The position numbers and the translations under genes were made by a program. Of a stretch of DNA of 53,339 nt, positions 38,769-50,061 are shown one piece after another; positions within the stretch are counted from its first letter, which is position 1, and each line of letters starts with the position of its first letter. The stretch covers positions 52,973,195 to 53,026,533 of the forward strand of contig NC_068994.1 in NCBI RefSeq assembly GCF_001194135.2, written 5' to 3'. Origin of the DNA: Octopus bimaculoides (Eukaryota). The notes beneath the pieces are model-generated. The model did not search any database and was not told where the DNA came from. It saw nothing but the letters and a program-made list of their open reading frames with translations.

Positions 38769-38996
38769 TTGGGTTGTCCGGAAAGTTCGTGCCGATTTTT
38801 AAAGGAAAGAAAAAGGTCAATAAATACTTGCCATTACATTTTTAATCAACCAAATATGAACCATTTTGTTGCACAATGCGTCTCCATCTTTCCTTTAACT
38901 TGAAAATACCCACTTCCCAGAATTGAGGTGGTTTCATGGCAAATAAGTCGAAAGATAAGCTACTGTAAATCGGCACGAACTTTCCGGACAACCCAA
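38769..38996 (-). mobile_element. mariner deletion derivative (228 bp) with perfect 30-bp TIRs
   Basis: TA|TTGGGTTGTCCGGAAAGTTCGTGCCGATTT ... AAATCGGCACGAACTTTCCGGACAACCCAA|TA; minus strand encodes FAMKPPQFWEVGIFKLKERWRRIVQQNGSYLVD*, a mariner transposase C-terminus. Confidence 0.96.
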
Positions 38997-39987
38997 TAAT
39001 AACTGACCCAGTTTCTTGTGATCTCTGGCCCTCACATATACTAGTAAACATCTACCTATTTATTTCTATCATCCTTAATCCATTTACCACAAAGGCACGT
39101 TTTGTTTAACATACATTTTTTTTCTTTTACCTTCGTACTACACGCTATCCAATATCTCATTATGTGCTCTACTATAAGTTTCTTTTTTATGTCAATCCAC
39201 TGCCTTCTATTCTATTATCTTTTATGTCAATATCATATCATTCTATTATAGTTTAATATTGACTTTTCAGCCTAAGGAGAGATGCAACAATAAAATTCGT
39301 ATAATAATTCCTCATATAGAAACACTCCTACTAATAGCTCATTTCAGAATATATTCACAACACATTTATTGCTTCAGGGGCATACAAAACCAACTTCATA
39401 TTTCGTCAACTTCATGTAAAAGTCTATGATGCCCAATATTCCATATTATACATTTCTAAACTAGATAACATCCAATGAAGGTTCCGACTGTCAGAATTTA
39501 TTGCATTTTTCGAAGCCTTATCAAATTAACTACACCAATAAGTGCATTTTTCTTGGATAGGTTGTCTTCTATCTTTATATCTCATTATTCTTGATTTAAA
39601 AGTACTTTAGTATCCAATCACATAATATAGGTTCGTAATATAATAGCATCTACACTGCTAGAATATTAATTTGTCTTTTATATCTTCACGTCTTTATATC
39701 TCATTCTAAAATCTATAATTTCATCTCAACAACTACTTCTATTGTTCATTGCGTTGACAAGTAAGTTCATGTCATTACGTTTCCATTTAAGGTAGAAAAT
39801 GATTGTTGATTCTAAGCTGTGACTGACTAGGATGCAACCACCGGTTGGAGATGCATTTCTATTTGTTCATGTCTTGCAAATGTTACTGAGAAGAATTAGG
39901 ACATCGAAAGTTTCATGTTTTCTTCCTTTTCTGAAAATACACATACATACATACATACATACATGCATACATACATACGTACATATA

Positions 39988-40115
39988 GGGAGAATTCACA
40001 AAAAAAAACAGACGAAGACAGGTGGTGTAGAAAACAAATAAATGTATTAGTATAGCGTTCGGAATTGAAAAAGTCTTCAACGTTTCGAGCCTACGCTCTT
40101 CCACAGAAAGGAACA
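39988..40115 (-). mobile_element. Putative Penelope-like element terminal fragment carrying a hammerhead-like motif
   Basis: Shares sequence with 24676-24732 and contains the motif at 40075-40110. PLE assignment is inferred from the known association of such ribozymes with PLEs. Confidence 0.5.
40075..40110 (-). ncRNA. Minimal hammerhead ribozyme variant (core CUGUGGA)
   Basis: Minus strand CUUU-CUGUGGA-A-GAGC-GUAG-GCUC-GAAA-CGUU/GAAG: stem I 4 bp, stem II 4 bp, palindromic ACGU stem III; conserved A6 is U. Confidence 0.55.
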
Positions 40116-40861
40116 CAGAAGTAAACGAAAGCGCTGTCCTCGACTCAGTACTTCTGCCAAGGAAGGAATATCTTAGTCACAAGACGAAAAGCTAGAAATT
40201 GCAGGAAGATTTTGATTGAACAACGTCTAACTCCATTAATTGTGATCAAATTTTTATATTGTCTTATGAGATATATTATCGGAAAATAAGATAGGATGGT
40301 CATAGTTGGAACACGTAATTTAGATTACTGGTGGGATGGGCCAAAACAATAACATCAATACCATCACCGATATTAATGCAAGATTTCTATTCTACAGCTG
40401 TGACGAATGGCCATTAAGTGTAAATGTAATGTTAATAGTCTCGGACGGGAAGAAGAGTTGCAGTATTGATGTAGTCTGGAAACAAAAACGAAAACAATTA
40501 ACAGTTCGGAATGTAGTTCTAAACATCACCACCTACCAGTCGGATGAACTGTCCAACTGATCCAGACCAGATTACAAAAATGTTTACGGCTATATAACGT
40601 TTAGATAACATTTAGTCCTCTGACACTTGCTTCATGATGAATATAAAATATATGAAATAAAAATGTATTTTGAAATAACAATCTATAATTAAGTGTGCAG
40701 CCAGCGTAATTAGAAATATTGATGTAATTATAAAAGAATATATGATATAATGATAACAAATATGATGTGATTTGCAAAGTAAAAACAGAAAAGTTCATCG
40801 TATTTCGATGTCCATTAAGTCGTGGAACTACGTATCTATATTAAAGACATACCCAAACGCA

Positions 40862-40867
40862 CGCACA

Positions 40868-40919
<52 letters not shown>

Positions 40920-41083
40920 NNNNNNNNNNNNNNNNNNNNNNNNNNNNNNNNNNNNNNNNNNNNNNNNNNNNNNNNNNNNNNNNNNNNNNNNNNNNNNNNN
41001 NNNNNNNNNNNNNNNNNNNNNNNNNNNNNNNNNNNNNNNNNNNNNNNNNNNNNNNNNNNNNNNNNNNNNNNNNNNNNNNNNNC

Positions 41084-41152
<69 letters not shown>

Positions 41153-41385
41153 TACACGCATACTTATATACGTAAGTTTGTATTTATATGTGTATTCGAA
41201 TACACACACAAACATATATATACATATGTACATACATATATATATATTTGTGTATATGTATGTATGTGTGTGTATGTATGTATGTATGTATGTATGTATG
41301 TATGTATGTATGTATGTATCTGTACGCATACACACATATGTATTTATGAATGTATGTATGTATGTATGTATGTATGTATATAAAT
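40862..41385. repeat. (CA)n - gap - (GA)n - (TATG)n microsatellites
   Basis: Directly visible. Confidence 0.95.
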
Positions 41386-41958
41386 AATATACATACAAAC
41401 ACATAGATACTACCGTCTAATTTGCAGGATGCATATAATGAGTTAAGAGATTTATGGAGTTGTTTTATATCCTACACCAGTGTTTACAGCTTGTTATTAA
41501 TTGAATGCGAATTTCTGTTTGTTTATCGATACACATTGTTTGATCTATACAGATAATAATATAATATTTCTATCATTTGAAGTGATTGACAAATGTTGTC
41601 GTTTGAAACCAGCCGAGTTGATATTGTGTTGGACTATGTTCAAATATGATGTTTATCTATTCAGATTTTTTTTTTGTCAACTTCACGATTTGATTAAGCA
41701 TTCCAATGATCAAGAGCGTTCCACCAAACGTTCATATCGCCTTTTTTGTATATCAATAACTATTTGGCCCTGTAGTCCGCCCTCTCACTCGAGCGAGGAT
41801 GACTGTAAAGTTTAGAAGTACTCTTCACAATATCGTAATCTCAAGATCTAAACTACAGCAAGATATATTGACCAAGCGTCTTCCGTCATAAAGTAGTGTC
41901 AGCACAGACCTGTGTGTGAAATTTAGTAAGTTGATACTGAGTGAAACCCAGCCTGAAA

Positions 41959-42009
41959 TCAAGTCCAGCATTCACTAACATAAATTATGTTAATGAATGC
42001 TGGACTTGA
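41959..42009. other. 25-bp inverted repeat with 1-nt spacer and a single mismatch
   Basis: TCAAGTCCAGCATTCACTAACATAA-A-TTATGTTAATGAATGCTGGACTTGA; only C41975/A41993 is unpaired. Confidence 0.95.
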
Positions 42010-42139
42010 ATTGTCGTCCTGTTTAACACAGCAACAAGGGCTTTCAGGTTTCAAGATAGACAAAGAAACATCTGGTAGAGTGTACAAAAGTGTATGAAAA
42101 AAGGTACTTATAGAATGAGTGTCAATAAAAAAAATAAAT

Positions 42140-42218
42140 ACGGGTCGAATTATTTTAATTAAACCCTTGAAAGCGGTGACGCAGCATGACCATAGTCTGA
42201 TGAGGGAAACCTGTAAAA
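42140..42218 (+). mobile_element. Diverged 3' tail of SINE family B
   Basis: aaacccttgaaagcggtgacgcagcatgaccatagtc aligns with 27496-27535. Confidence 0.55.
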
Positions 42219-42366
42219 TGTTAAAAGATTAAATATATGTGAGTGTGTATGAATATAAACGTGTGTGTGAATGTGCGTGTCTCTATTTGTGCATATATAT
42301 ATATATAAACTATATACATACATAAATATATATATATATACATGTATGTATGTATACAAATACAAT

Positions 42367-42409
<43 letters not shown>

Positions 42410-42424
42410 TACACACACACACAT

Positions 42425-42467
<43 letters not shown>

Positions 42468-43041
42468 TTACAGACATACACGCACACTCACATGCACACA
42501 CACATACGCACGTGCTTGTATGTACATGTATGTGCACGTGCATCAGATAAGCTTTCTCACAGTTTCCGCCCACCCACTTCAAAGAAACCTTGAGATGAAT
42601 ATAACTTGATTAAACATATTGTATAAGCTCTTCACAGAAGCTGTCGGAATCAATTCCACCAAGAATATTGCTATACTAATAAGTTAGCAACTGATCAGCA
42701 GACAAATGGAAAGAAACTAGAGAGGTTATGTGCTGAAATATTTCCATTTAATAAAGCTCTAATGACTGGAGTTATTCAACACTTCATAAATTTTGTGATG
42801 GTGTGGATTAATTACTGAAACTTATTTTGCGGTTATTCCCCAATGTAACTGCTGTAATAAATGTATTTAATAAATGCAACTGTTCCAACGATTCTTGTTA
42901 TTAAAAGGCCAACAGATATCATATCAACTGGCCTCAACCTGAACTCGTATTTTCCCTGTTCCTTCCAAGACAGTTCTTTCTATTTGTTTATTTTTACTAT
43001 AAATCCACTTCGGATTTTTTCTACAAAAATAGTTTACATAC

Positions 43042-43212
43042 TAGCGGCTCTCAACCGGGGGGGGGGGGCATATAAAACTTTTGTTGGTCAACGCAAGCAA
43101 GATAGTAAATAGACGATGCACAATAGTATTCTAAGAGTCGATGAAAAAATTTGTCTTAGTGCAAGAAACCGCCAGGTTCCTTTATCTAATGTTCTACATA
43201 GTTTAACATGTC
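43042..43212 (+). mobile_element. Left part of a hAT/Charlie-like MITE
   Basis: Starts tagcggctctcaaccgggg (cf. CAGTGGTTCTCAACC terminus of Charlie/MER5-type MITEs); right TIR not found. Confidence 0.5.
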
Positions 43213-43608
43213 TCCGGCAAAACTGAAACATGTTCCCTCATTACAAAGGTAAACAAGTGAACATGAGAAAAATAAAATAAGAATTTTGAAAGAAGTAACT
43301 ATGAAACTTGCATTTAAACATTGAAATCAAAGTGATACATAAGTCAAAAACAAAAAAGAAAGGAGCGTTGAAAACACTGTGTTAGGTTCGGCAATATCAA
43401 GGATCACATATTGTTTCGGAGGTGAAAATAATGTTGTGATAACCTGTTAGTAAACATAATTTCAACTCTTAGAGGTATGGAATACGGCCGGAAAAAGGTT
43501 CGGAACATGAAATCCTCTTTCTTTTCTTTCCTTTCCTGAGCGTCCAATAACACTGTACTTATTCCACGTCCTCCTGGTGGTTTTACATATATATGCGCAT
43601 ACCTATTT

Positions 43609-43609
<1 letters not shown>

Positions 43610-43664
<55 letters not shown>
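43610..43664. repeat. (GATA)n microsatellite
   Basis: Directly visible. Confidence 0.96.
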
Positions 43665-43665
<1 letters not shown>

Positions 43666-44099
43666 CAAATTCAACAGCTTTCTCAGTCGCTTCCGCCCGT
43701 TTTCTGCTATTTCTTACCCTCGCAATCGTCATATATCCATCCCCCACCGACGGCAATGCAGTACAACTTTGTATCAGTGACGAATCACAGTCTCACTAGA
43801 ATGGTTTGATCAACAGAGAGATTGTTTAATTGGTTATGGCAGGTGTATAAATTTAGTTAAAGTTACTAATATTCGCGTCGGTACGTCTTTTGAAAAGTAA
43901 TGACATATGTGTTTGTAGAACCATATGCAAAAAGTTGTCACAAATCACAATGGAATAAATGTTTTGCAATTAACCAAATCCAAAAGAATTTTTTAAAACC
44001 AATGATCGATCAGAAAAGTTTGCTTCTAGTCACACCAATTATCAGCCCAATCGTTTTTGTTTACACCTACGGAAGTTAGCGTTTCGTTAAAAGATTTCT

Positions 44100-44208
44100 A
44101 CAAATAAGTACCTGACAAAGAAATGAATACTGGGTTTGTTTGTTTGACTAAACAATTGAAGGTGGTATTCCAGTATGGCCACAGTCAAATAGCTGAAATA
44201 ATTAAAAT
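44100..44208 (+). mobile_element. Diverged 3' tail of SINE family B
   Basis: aataagtacc...gtttgtttgactaaacaattgaaggtggtattccagtatggccacagtcaaatagctgaaa. Confidence 0.6.
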
Positions 44209-44986
44209 AGTATATTTTGTTTCATTTACTTCCTAGTGTTCAATCTGAGAAGTGTGGGCTTAATCGATAAATAACCCTTGTAGTTCGCCCTAACATGTGA
44301 CGATGATACAGATGAGATTTAATTTGATTTTTGATCAATTATAAAAATTATAAATCAAATTATTTTATTGAGTGGAGTAAATATTAACAAATATATTTAA
44401 CTTAAGACCCTGAGATTATAAACAGTAAGGATGACAGAAGTGTGCTAGATGGGTTCACCAGAAGTCGTTTTTTACTTTAAGCGATACACAGTAGCAACTT
44501 ATTTTCTTTCAAACAGTTGTCTAATTCGATTTTCTTTAGAAGTATAAATTTAATTTAGACATTTTAGTTCTTTTTATGTTCAAATAAAACTTTTTTCTCA
44601 GACTTTAAAATGTCACATGCTATTTACTAAAAGTTTGATTTATTCCAACTGAAGACAATCAAGATAAGCCATTGGAAAACACATAATTGAATTTCTTAAT
44701 GATGTTGATACCAAGAAGAGATATGAGATTTTAACTGCTTTGTTTTACAACATGATATATTGATTATGAAAAGGAGGCATGGTTAATGATGATAGCAAAT
44801 TATATAACAATTCTTGTGATGGATAAGGCATGAATTTTTACTGTTCAGATAAACCACTGAGTGATATGGTTTCCATCATTTCTTTAAATGTTTTGGGACA
44901 GTATTTTCACGTATTCAGATGCTCTGTGTATAGCTGTCACACCAACAACAAATTGTATACAGTTCTTTATTTAAGAGATGAGGAAT

Positions 44987-45112
44987 TACGTACATTTGAT
45001 GGATATTTGTCCTCATCTTGTTTGTTGTTAACACAACGTTTCGGCTGATATACCCTCCAGCTTTCATCAGGTGTCTTGGGCAAATTTCGAATCTGGGTTC
45101 TCATTCCTTAGG
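44987..45112 (-). mobile_element. Putative Penelope-like element terminal fragment
   Basis: Contains the hammerhead motif below; recalled as a repeated octopus sequence; PLE identity inferred. Confidence 0.55.
45030..45075 (-). ncRNA. Minimal type I hammerhead ribozyme (dimer-type, PLE-associated)
   Basis: Minus strand GACAC-CUGAUGA-A-A-GCUG-GAGGGUAUAU-CAGC-C-GAAA-CGUU/GUGUU: intact CUGAUGA and GAAA cores, stem I 5 bp, stem II 4 bp plus A.C at its base, palindromic AACGUU stem III; predicted cut between 45035 and 45034. Confidence 0.75.
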
Positions 45113-45218
45113 AAAAACGCAATTTAATGTGTTGCAAAAGTGATTCAATGAAACTGCCCGGTCGTGGAGTCGAGTGGCATTCATTTCATTTTTCATTTTT
45201 CATTCGTTTTCTTTTTCC

Positions 45219-45278
45219 CCCACTTTGTCTGTCCTTGTTTGTCCCCTCTATGTTAAGCCCTATGTGGCCAAATAAAGA
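45219..45278 (+). mobile_element. SINE tail fragment
   Basis: ctttgtctgtccttgtttgtcccctctatgttaagccctatgtggccaaataaaga, recalled as a SINE family A tail variant. Confidence 0.4.
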
Positions 45279-45279
45279 C

Positions 45280-47563
45280 ATCCGACGAGGTACGCCGTAC
45301 GGGCCAGTCACGCAGACGACGAAGTTACGTCGTCGTAATGCTGGACATATCACAGTAGTAGGTTTATCCAACTAGAGTGTCTAAATTAATGTTTCGTAAA
45401 AGACGTGTTTGGTGTCACTCAAAGAATCGAAAAAATCTAGACGAAGAATCTCGTGCAATTTCAAGACTCACATAGGAAAAGGAGACCTATTCCTCTAGAA
45501 GAGCATTCTTTGGAAAACAACTGAGGATACCAATAAAACTGGTGGTCGCTACCTGTTCTTTGGAAGTACGATCAAAGGAAGAAAAGAAACAACAAAGGAT
45601 ATTTCGAAAGAACTAACTTTTCTATGGCAAAAGAAATGAAATTTCCCATATTTATTCATTCAAAGTGTACAAGTAAAAGTAGAGAAAGTGCTGAATACCT
45701 ACGATCAATGTGTAAAACAAGGAAAATACGATTCATTGAAAGGAATGTTTGACATCACAAAGGAAAACGGTGAATGACTGTGCAGTGAGGAGAGAAGGTT
45801 ATATTATCTTCAAATTGAAAGCGAGGGGCAGGCTGAGTATGCAACTGGAAAGGTAGCCAGTTCCAAAACTATCCATCCAAAAGAAGGAAAGTATCCTTAA
45901 TACCAACTTCAACCAGAGGAACTCCAGTGTCATCGTCAACGTCTGAAGAAGAGGCTGAAAGTGAATATCAAGAGTCCGAAAAATCAGATGAAGCATCCTC
46001 ACAAACAAGGAGAAAGTATAGCAAAACTGGGACTGCAACCAAGTTAGTAGTATCTTCCAAGCTATCAACCCAAAAAGCAGCAACAGTTTGTCGATAATTA
46101 TCGCAAGATGAAATCAAAGTCGAGACTCCTTCCCACTCTGGTATTTAGAGATCGACTATCAAAGAAGCTGTTAAACTAAAAAATGAAAATGAAGAAAACA
46201 CTACATTTAGAAAACTGGTCGTTTCATTTTGATGGTAAATGTATTGATGACCAAAAATACGAAGCGCTAGTTTTAAAGAATGAATAGAGAAAAGTTAAAT
46301 TAGAAGGACTCCAATTACCAAGGGGAAAAGCCGATACTGTTGTGAAAGGAATAACAGCTGTTTTAGATGAATACAATTTATGGAACTGTGTAAAGATCAT
46401 TGTTGCTGATACAATGAGTGTGAACACTGGGGAAAGAAATGGCATTGTCATTCAGTTGCAAAGACTGTTTGCTCAAAAGGGTTTGAAAGAATCATAATTT
46501 ATTGGTTGTCAGCATCATATCTTTGATAGAGTACTTTGTGTTTTAATTGATAAAGAGCTTGAAGAAAAAAGTCATCTCCCAATATTGAAAATACATTCAT
46601 CCCAGAGCTTCTAAGTAATTACGAGAAACTCCAGGCTAATTTCAACAATGGTGAAGAAAAGTTACTGAATCAGCAGGATGGTAAGATGACATGAAATTTC
46701 TATTTCATTTGACAAAAGTTTTTCGTTTCTTTGAAGAAACCGGCAAATTTTCTACTGTAAAGTTTCAACAAATACCCAAGTTAAGTAATGCAAGATGGAA
46801 TTCTCAAGCAATACTAGCTCTTTTGGCATTTAGTCTTCTACCAGAGAAAAGAGTTTCGCTTCTCAATGTTTGTCGATTCATCTCTTACAGCTGGGGAGAT
46901 TTTTGGTATAGTGACAAAATGTTGAATGCACATGATTATCAGAAGTTATGTAGTAGCCTGCAAGTCCATAAAAAGCTTTGAACTTTTGGAGTCGAGAACC
47001 ATCAAAACTGGAAATTCCAAGAACAAATCAGTGTGCACAACGGGCAATCAAGGGCCTTCAAGATCTTTATGATATTTGTAAAAAGAAGGAGAGAATTCAG
47101 CTCCGATTTATTTTATCTAACAAAACATATCAATTCTTTATGTTGAAAAATTTGCTAACATTCAGCACACTTTTTCTTATACAGTTATTTAGAACTAGAA
47201 TTAAATCTATAAAGTTAAAAATATGTATTGTTTTTAATTGTGTATGTTATCGAATGCTTATAGTGGTCGCTATCTTAAAATAGCCTAGTTTTCAACCTTT
47301 GCATAGAGCAATTTCAATTCGGTAAACTTTAAAATGTATAAATACACTTTTATTCCACATCTCTCTTGCTTTTACAAGGATTTAGGCAGCGGAAATACTG
47401 AAATGTGAATCTATTGCCAACTAGTGGTTATAATTTTAAAAGCTATAACTCCAAAACTACTCCAACTTGAAAGCTAAAATTTCAGATATACTAATTCTGT
47501 ATTGAATTGAGTCAGCACAGCAAGTTTTGTAAAAACTTGAGCAGGTGTTATGACCTCGCCTTA
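45280..47563 (+). mobile_element. hAT-superfamily DNA transposon (hATm-like), left end lost
   Basis: Contains the transposase pseudogene below. The right subterminal region has aaagcta repeats and a caagtttt/aaaacttg hairpin (47521-47539) and appears to end ...gacctcgcctta. No complementary left end seen; boundaries approximate. Confidence 0.75.
45500..47130 (+). pseudogene. hAT-family DDE transposase pseudogene (~500 aa, multiple stops and frameshifts)
   Basis: GRYLF...DISKELTFLWQK; acidic linker; WSFHFDGK (D 46231-46233); IVADTMSVNTGERNG (D 46408-46410); FIGCQHHIFD (CxxH 46507-46518); SNARWNSQ (hAT RW motif); PRTNQCAQRAIK (catalytic E position is CAA, Q, at 47038-47040). Confidence 0.9.
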
Positions 47564-47744
47564 GAATTTTGCATGATTTGGGTCAAAAGTGGTAATCGAT
47601 TTCTGAAGTTGGGGTTGATGTTTCTCTCAAATAAAGTACAATAAATGTAAGTTTTCTGATTTCCATAAAATTATTCATCGAATTACACTATAGGGTTATT
47701 AGGTTGAGAAAAAGTCATCACCTCAATATATATANNNNNNNNNN

Positions 47745-47777
<33 letters not shown>

Positions 47778-48479
47778 CACCTATACATATATATATGTAT
47801 GTGTGTACATGTATGTATATGAATATATAAATGTAAACATATATACATATATATATGCACACACGCACACATACACACACACATATATTCACATATACAT
47901 ACATACATGCATACATAAATCTATATATAAATTCATGTGCGTGTGCGTGTGCGTGCGTGTTTATGCGTGTATGAAAGTACGTATATACAACACTACGGAT
48001 ATTTCTGTAGTATTTATATCAAAAACGAAAAAAAGAACACAAATTATTGATCAACCAGATACCAATTCGAGGACACGTGCCCAGGCCGCTACAGTGTGAG
48101 ACCAGAGGTGTAATCAAACATTGGCTAAACATATAGACAATTTATGGCATTTCAAGTCAGATATCATGAGAAAATATTTACGCAAAAATCTAGGCCATCA
48201 AAACGAAAATAAACGAGAAAAAAATTGTACACTAAATATTAACAATAATATAGTGAATGTTCCGAAATAGGTTATACTGAAATGGAGGAAATTTCATCGG
48301 AAATTGGTTGGGAACATTGGAAATCGCTGATATGATATTTATAAAATTGATAATTTTATTATGTTACAGAAATAGATTTAATATTAAAGGCTATATGATA
48401 TTGGGGTATTTCGATCGCAGAAAATGGCGCACGCATTACGCATTGAGATTAAGTTATGATCACGACATTGCAATGTTGC

Positions 48480-48551
<72 letters not shown>

Positions 48552-48653
48552 ATGTGTCTGTCTGTCTGTCTGTCTGCGTCTGTGTGTGTGTGTATCTATA
48601 CATGTATGTATATACATATACATCAATGTGTATATATATATTTGTATACATAG

Positions 48654-48700
<47 letters not shown>
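48480..48700. repeat. (TA)n/(TG)n/(TCTG)n compound microsatellite
   Basis: Directly visible. Confidence 0.94.
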
Positions 48701-50010
48701 NNNNNNNNNNNNNNNNNNNNNNNNNNNNNNNNNNNNNNNNNNNNNNNNNNNNNNNNNNNNNNNNNNNNNNNNNNNNNNNNNNNNNNNNNNNNNNNNNNNN
48801 NNNNNNNNNNNNNNNNNNNNNNNNNNNNNNNNNNNNNNNNNNNNNNNNNNNNNNNNNNNNNNNNNNNNNNNNNNNNNNNNNNNNNNNNNNNNNNNNNNNN
48901 NNNNNNNNNNNNNNNNNNNNNNNNNNNNNNNNNNNNNNNNNNNNNNNNNNNNNNNNNNNNNNNNNNNNNNNNNNNNNNNNNNNNNNNNNNNNNNNNNNNN
49001 NNNNNNNNNNNNNNNNNNNNNNNNNNNNNNNNNNNNNNNNNNNNNNNNNNNNNNNNNNNNNNNNNNNNNNNNNNNNNNNNNNNNNNNNNNNNNNNNNNNN
49101 NNNNNNNNNNNNNNNNNNNNNNNNNNNNNNNNNNNNNNNNNNNNNNNNNNNNNNNNNNNNNNNNNNNNNNNNNNNNNNNNNNNNNNNNNNNNNNNNNNNN
49201 NNNNNNNNNNNNNNNNNNNNNNNNNNNNNNNNNNNNNNNNNNNNNNNNNNNNNNNNNNNNNNNNNNNNNNNNNNNNNNNNNNNNNNNNNNNNNNNNNNNN
49301 NNNNNNNNNNNNNNNNNNNNNNNNNNNNNNNNNNNNNNNNNNNNNNNNNNNNNNNNNNNNNNNNNNNNNNNNNNNNNNNNNNNNNNNNNNNNNNNTATAT
49401 ATATACATATATATATATATAAAACAATTCCGGATAAGTGTTTCTTCCTGTATGAATTCCGTTTGGTACACGATTGAAATCCGATTCACCTGCTGAATGA
49501 TTCCTGTGAAAAATTACGTTGCATAAGAGTATATAAGATCTGAATATGAATGTTCTAACTGCTGTGCAATTTAGCAATTTTTTGTGATACGCTGTTATAA
49601 ATGATTAAATAATGTTTGCCTAATTACCGTACAAATTTGTATTCTGTATTTTCTGTTCGTGTGAATCTGTAAAATATTCGAAACGCATTTTGTTGAGTAG
49701 ATAAAAAAAAAAATAGTAACAACAGACACACGATCAAGGAAAAACGGAACAGTGGTTATAGAAAGAATTATTATTCGTTTCATCCCAGTGGTGACGAGCA
49801 AAAAGCGAAGTGTTACACATCATTGCCATATTCTCCGTTCTTCCGTTGCATTTTCGGCTGTAGACACAACAAAGCATTATTCGCATCAATATTCACATCA
49901 GCGTATAAACGACTCTATATGCATGAAGGGAAATAATGCCTGCTATTGTTTTTGTTCTCTTTTATTTATGTACTTTTTGTGTCTTATTTTCTTGCTGTTT
50001 TATTCCCCTA

Positions 50011-50061
50011 CACTAATTAAATCAGTTGCACTAATTAAATCACTTGCGAATTAAACCAGTT
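50011..50061 (+). repeat. 18-bp tandem repeat (~2.8 units)
   Basis: cactaattaaatcagttg / cactaattaaatcacttg / cgaattaaaccagtt. Confidence 0.85.

Noticed and set aside
39190-39530. Minus-strand R4-like RT hints (HWMLSSLEMYNM, GVF...FYCCISP, YDIDIK)
   Set aside because: Order is plausible, but the catalytic motifs are too degenerate and spacing is short; needs nhmmer/LAST confirmation.
42197-42210. CTGATGA-GG-GAAAC, a hammerhead-core look-alike
   Set aside because: No room for stem II and no stem I/III pairing; it aligns with the diverged SINE B tail (gtc.aatgactgaaac).
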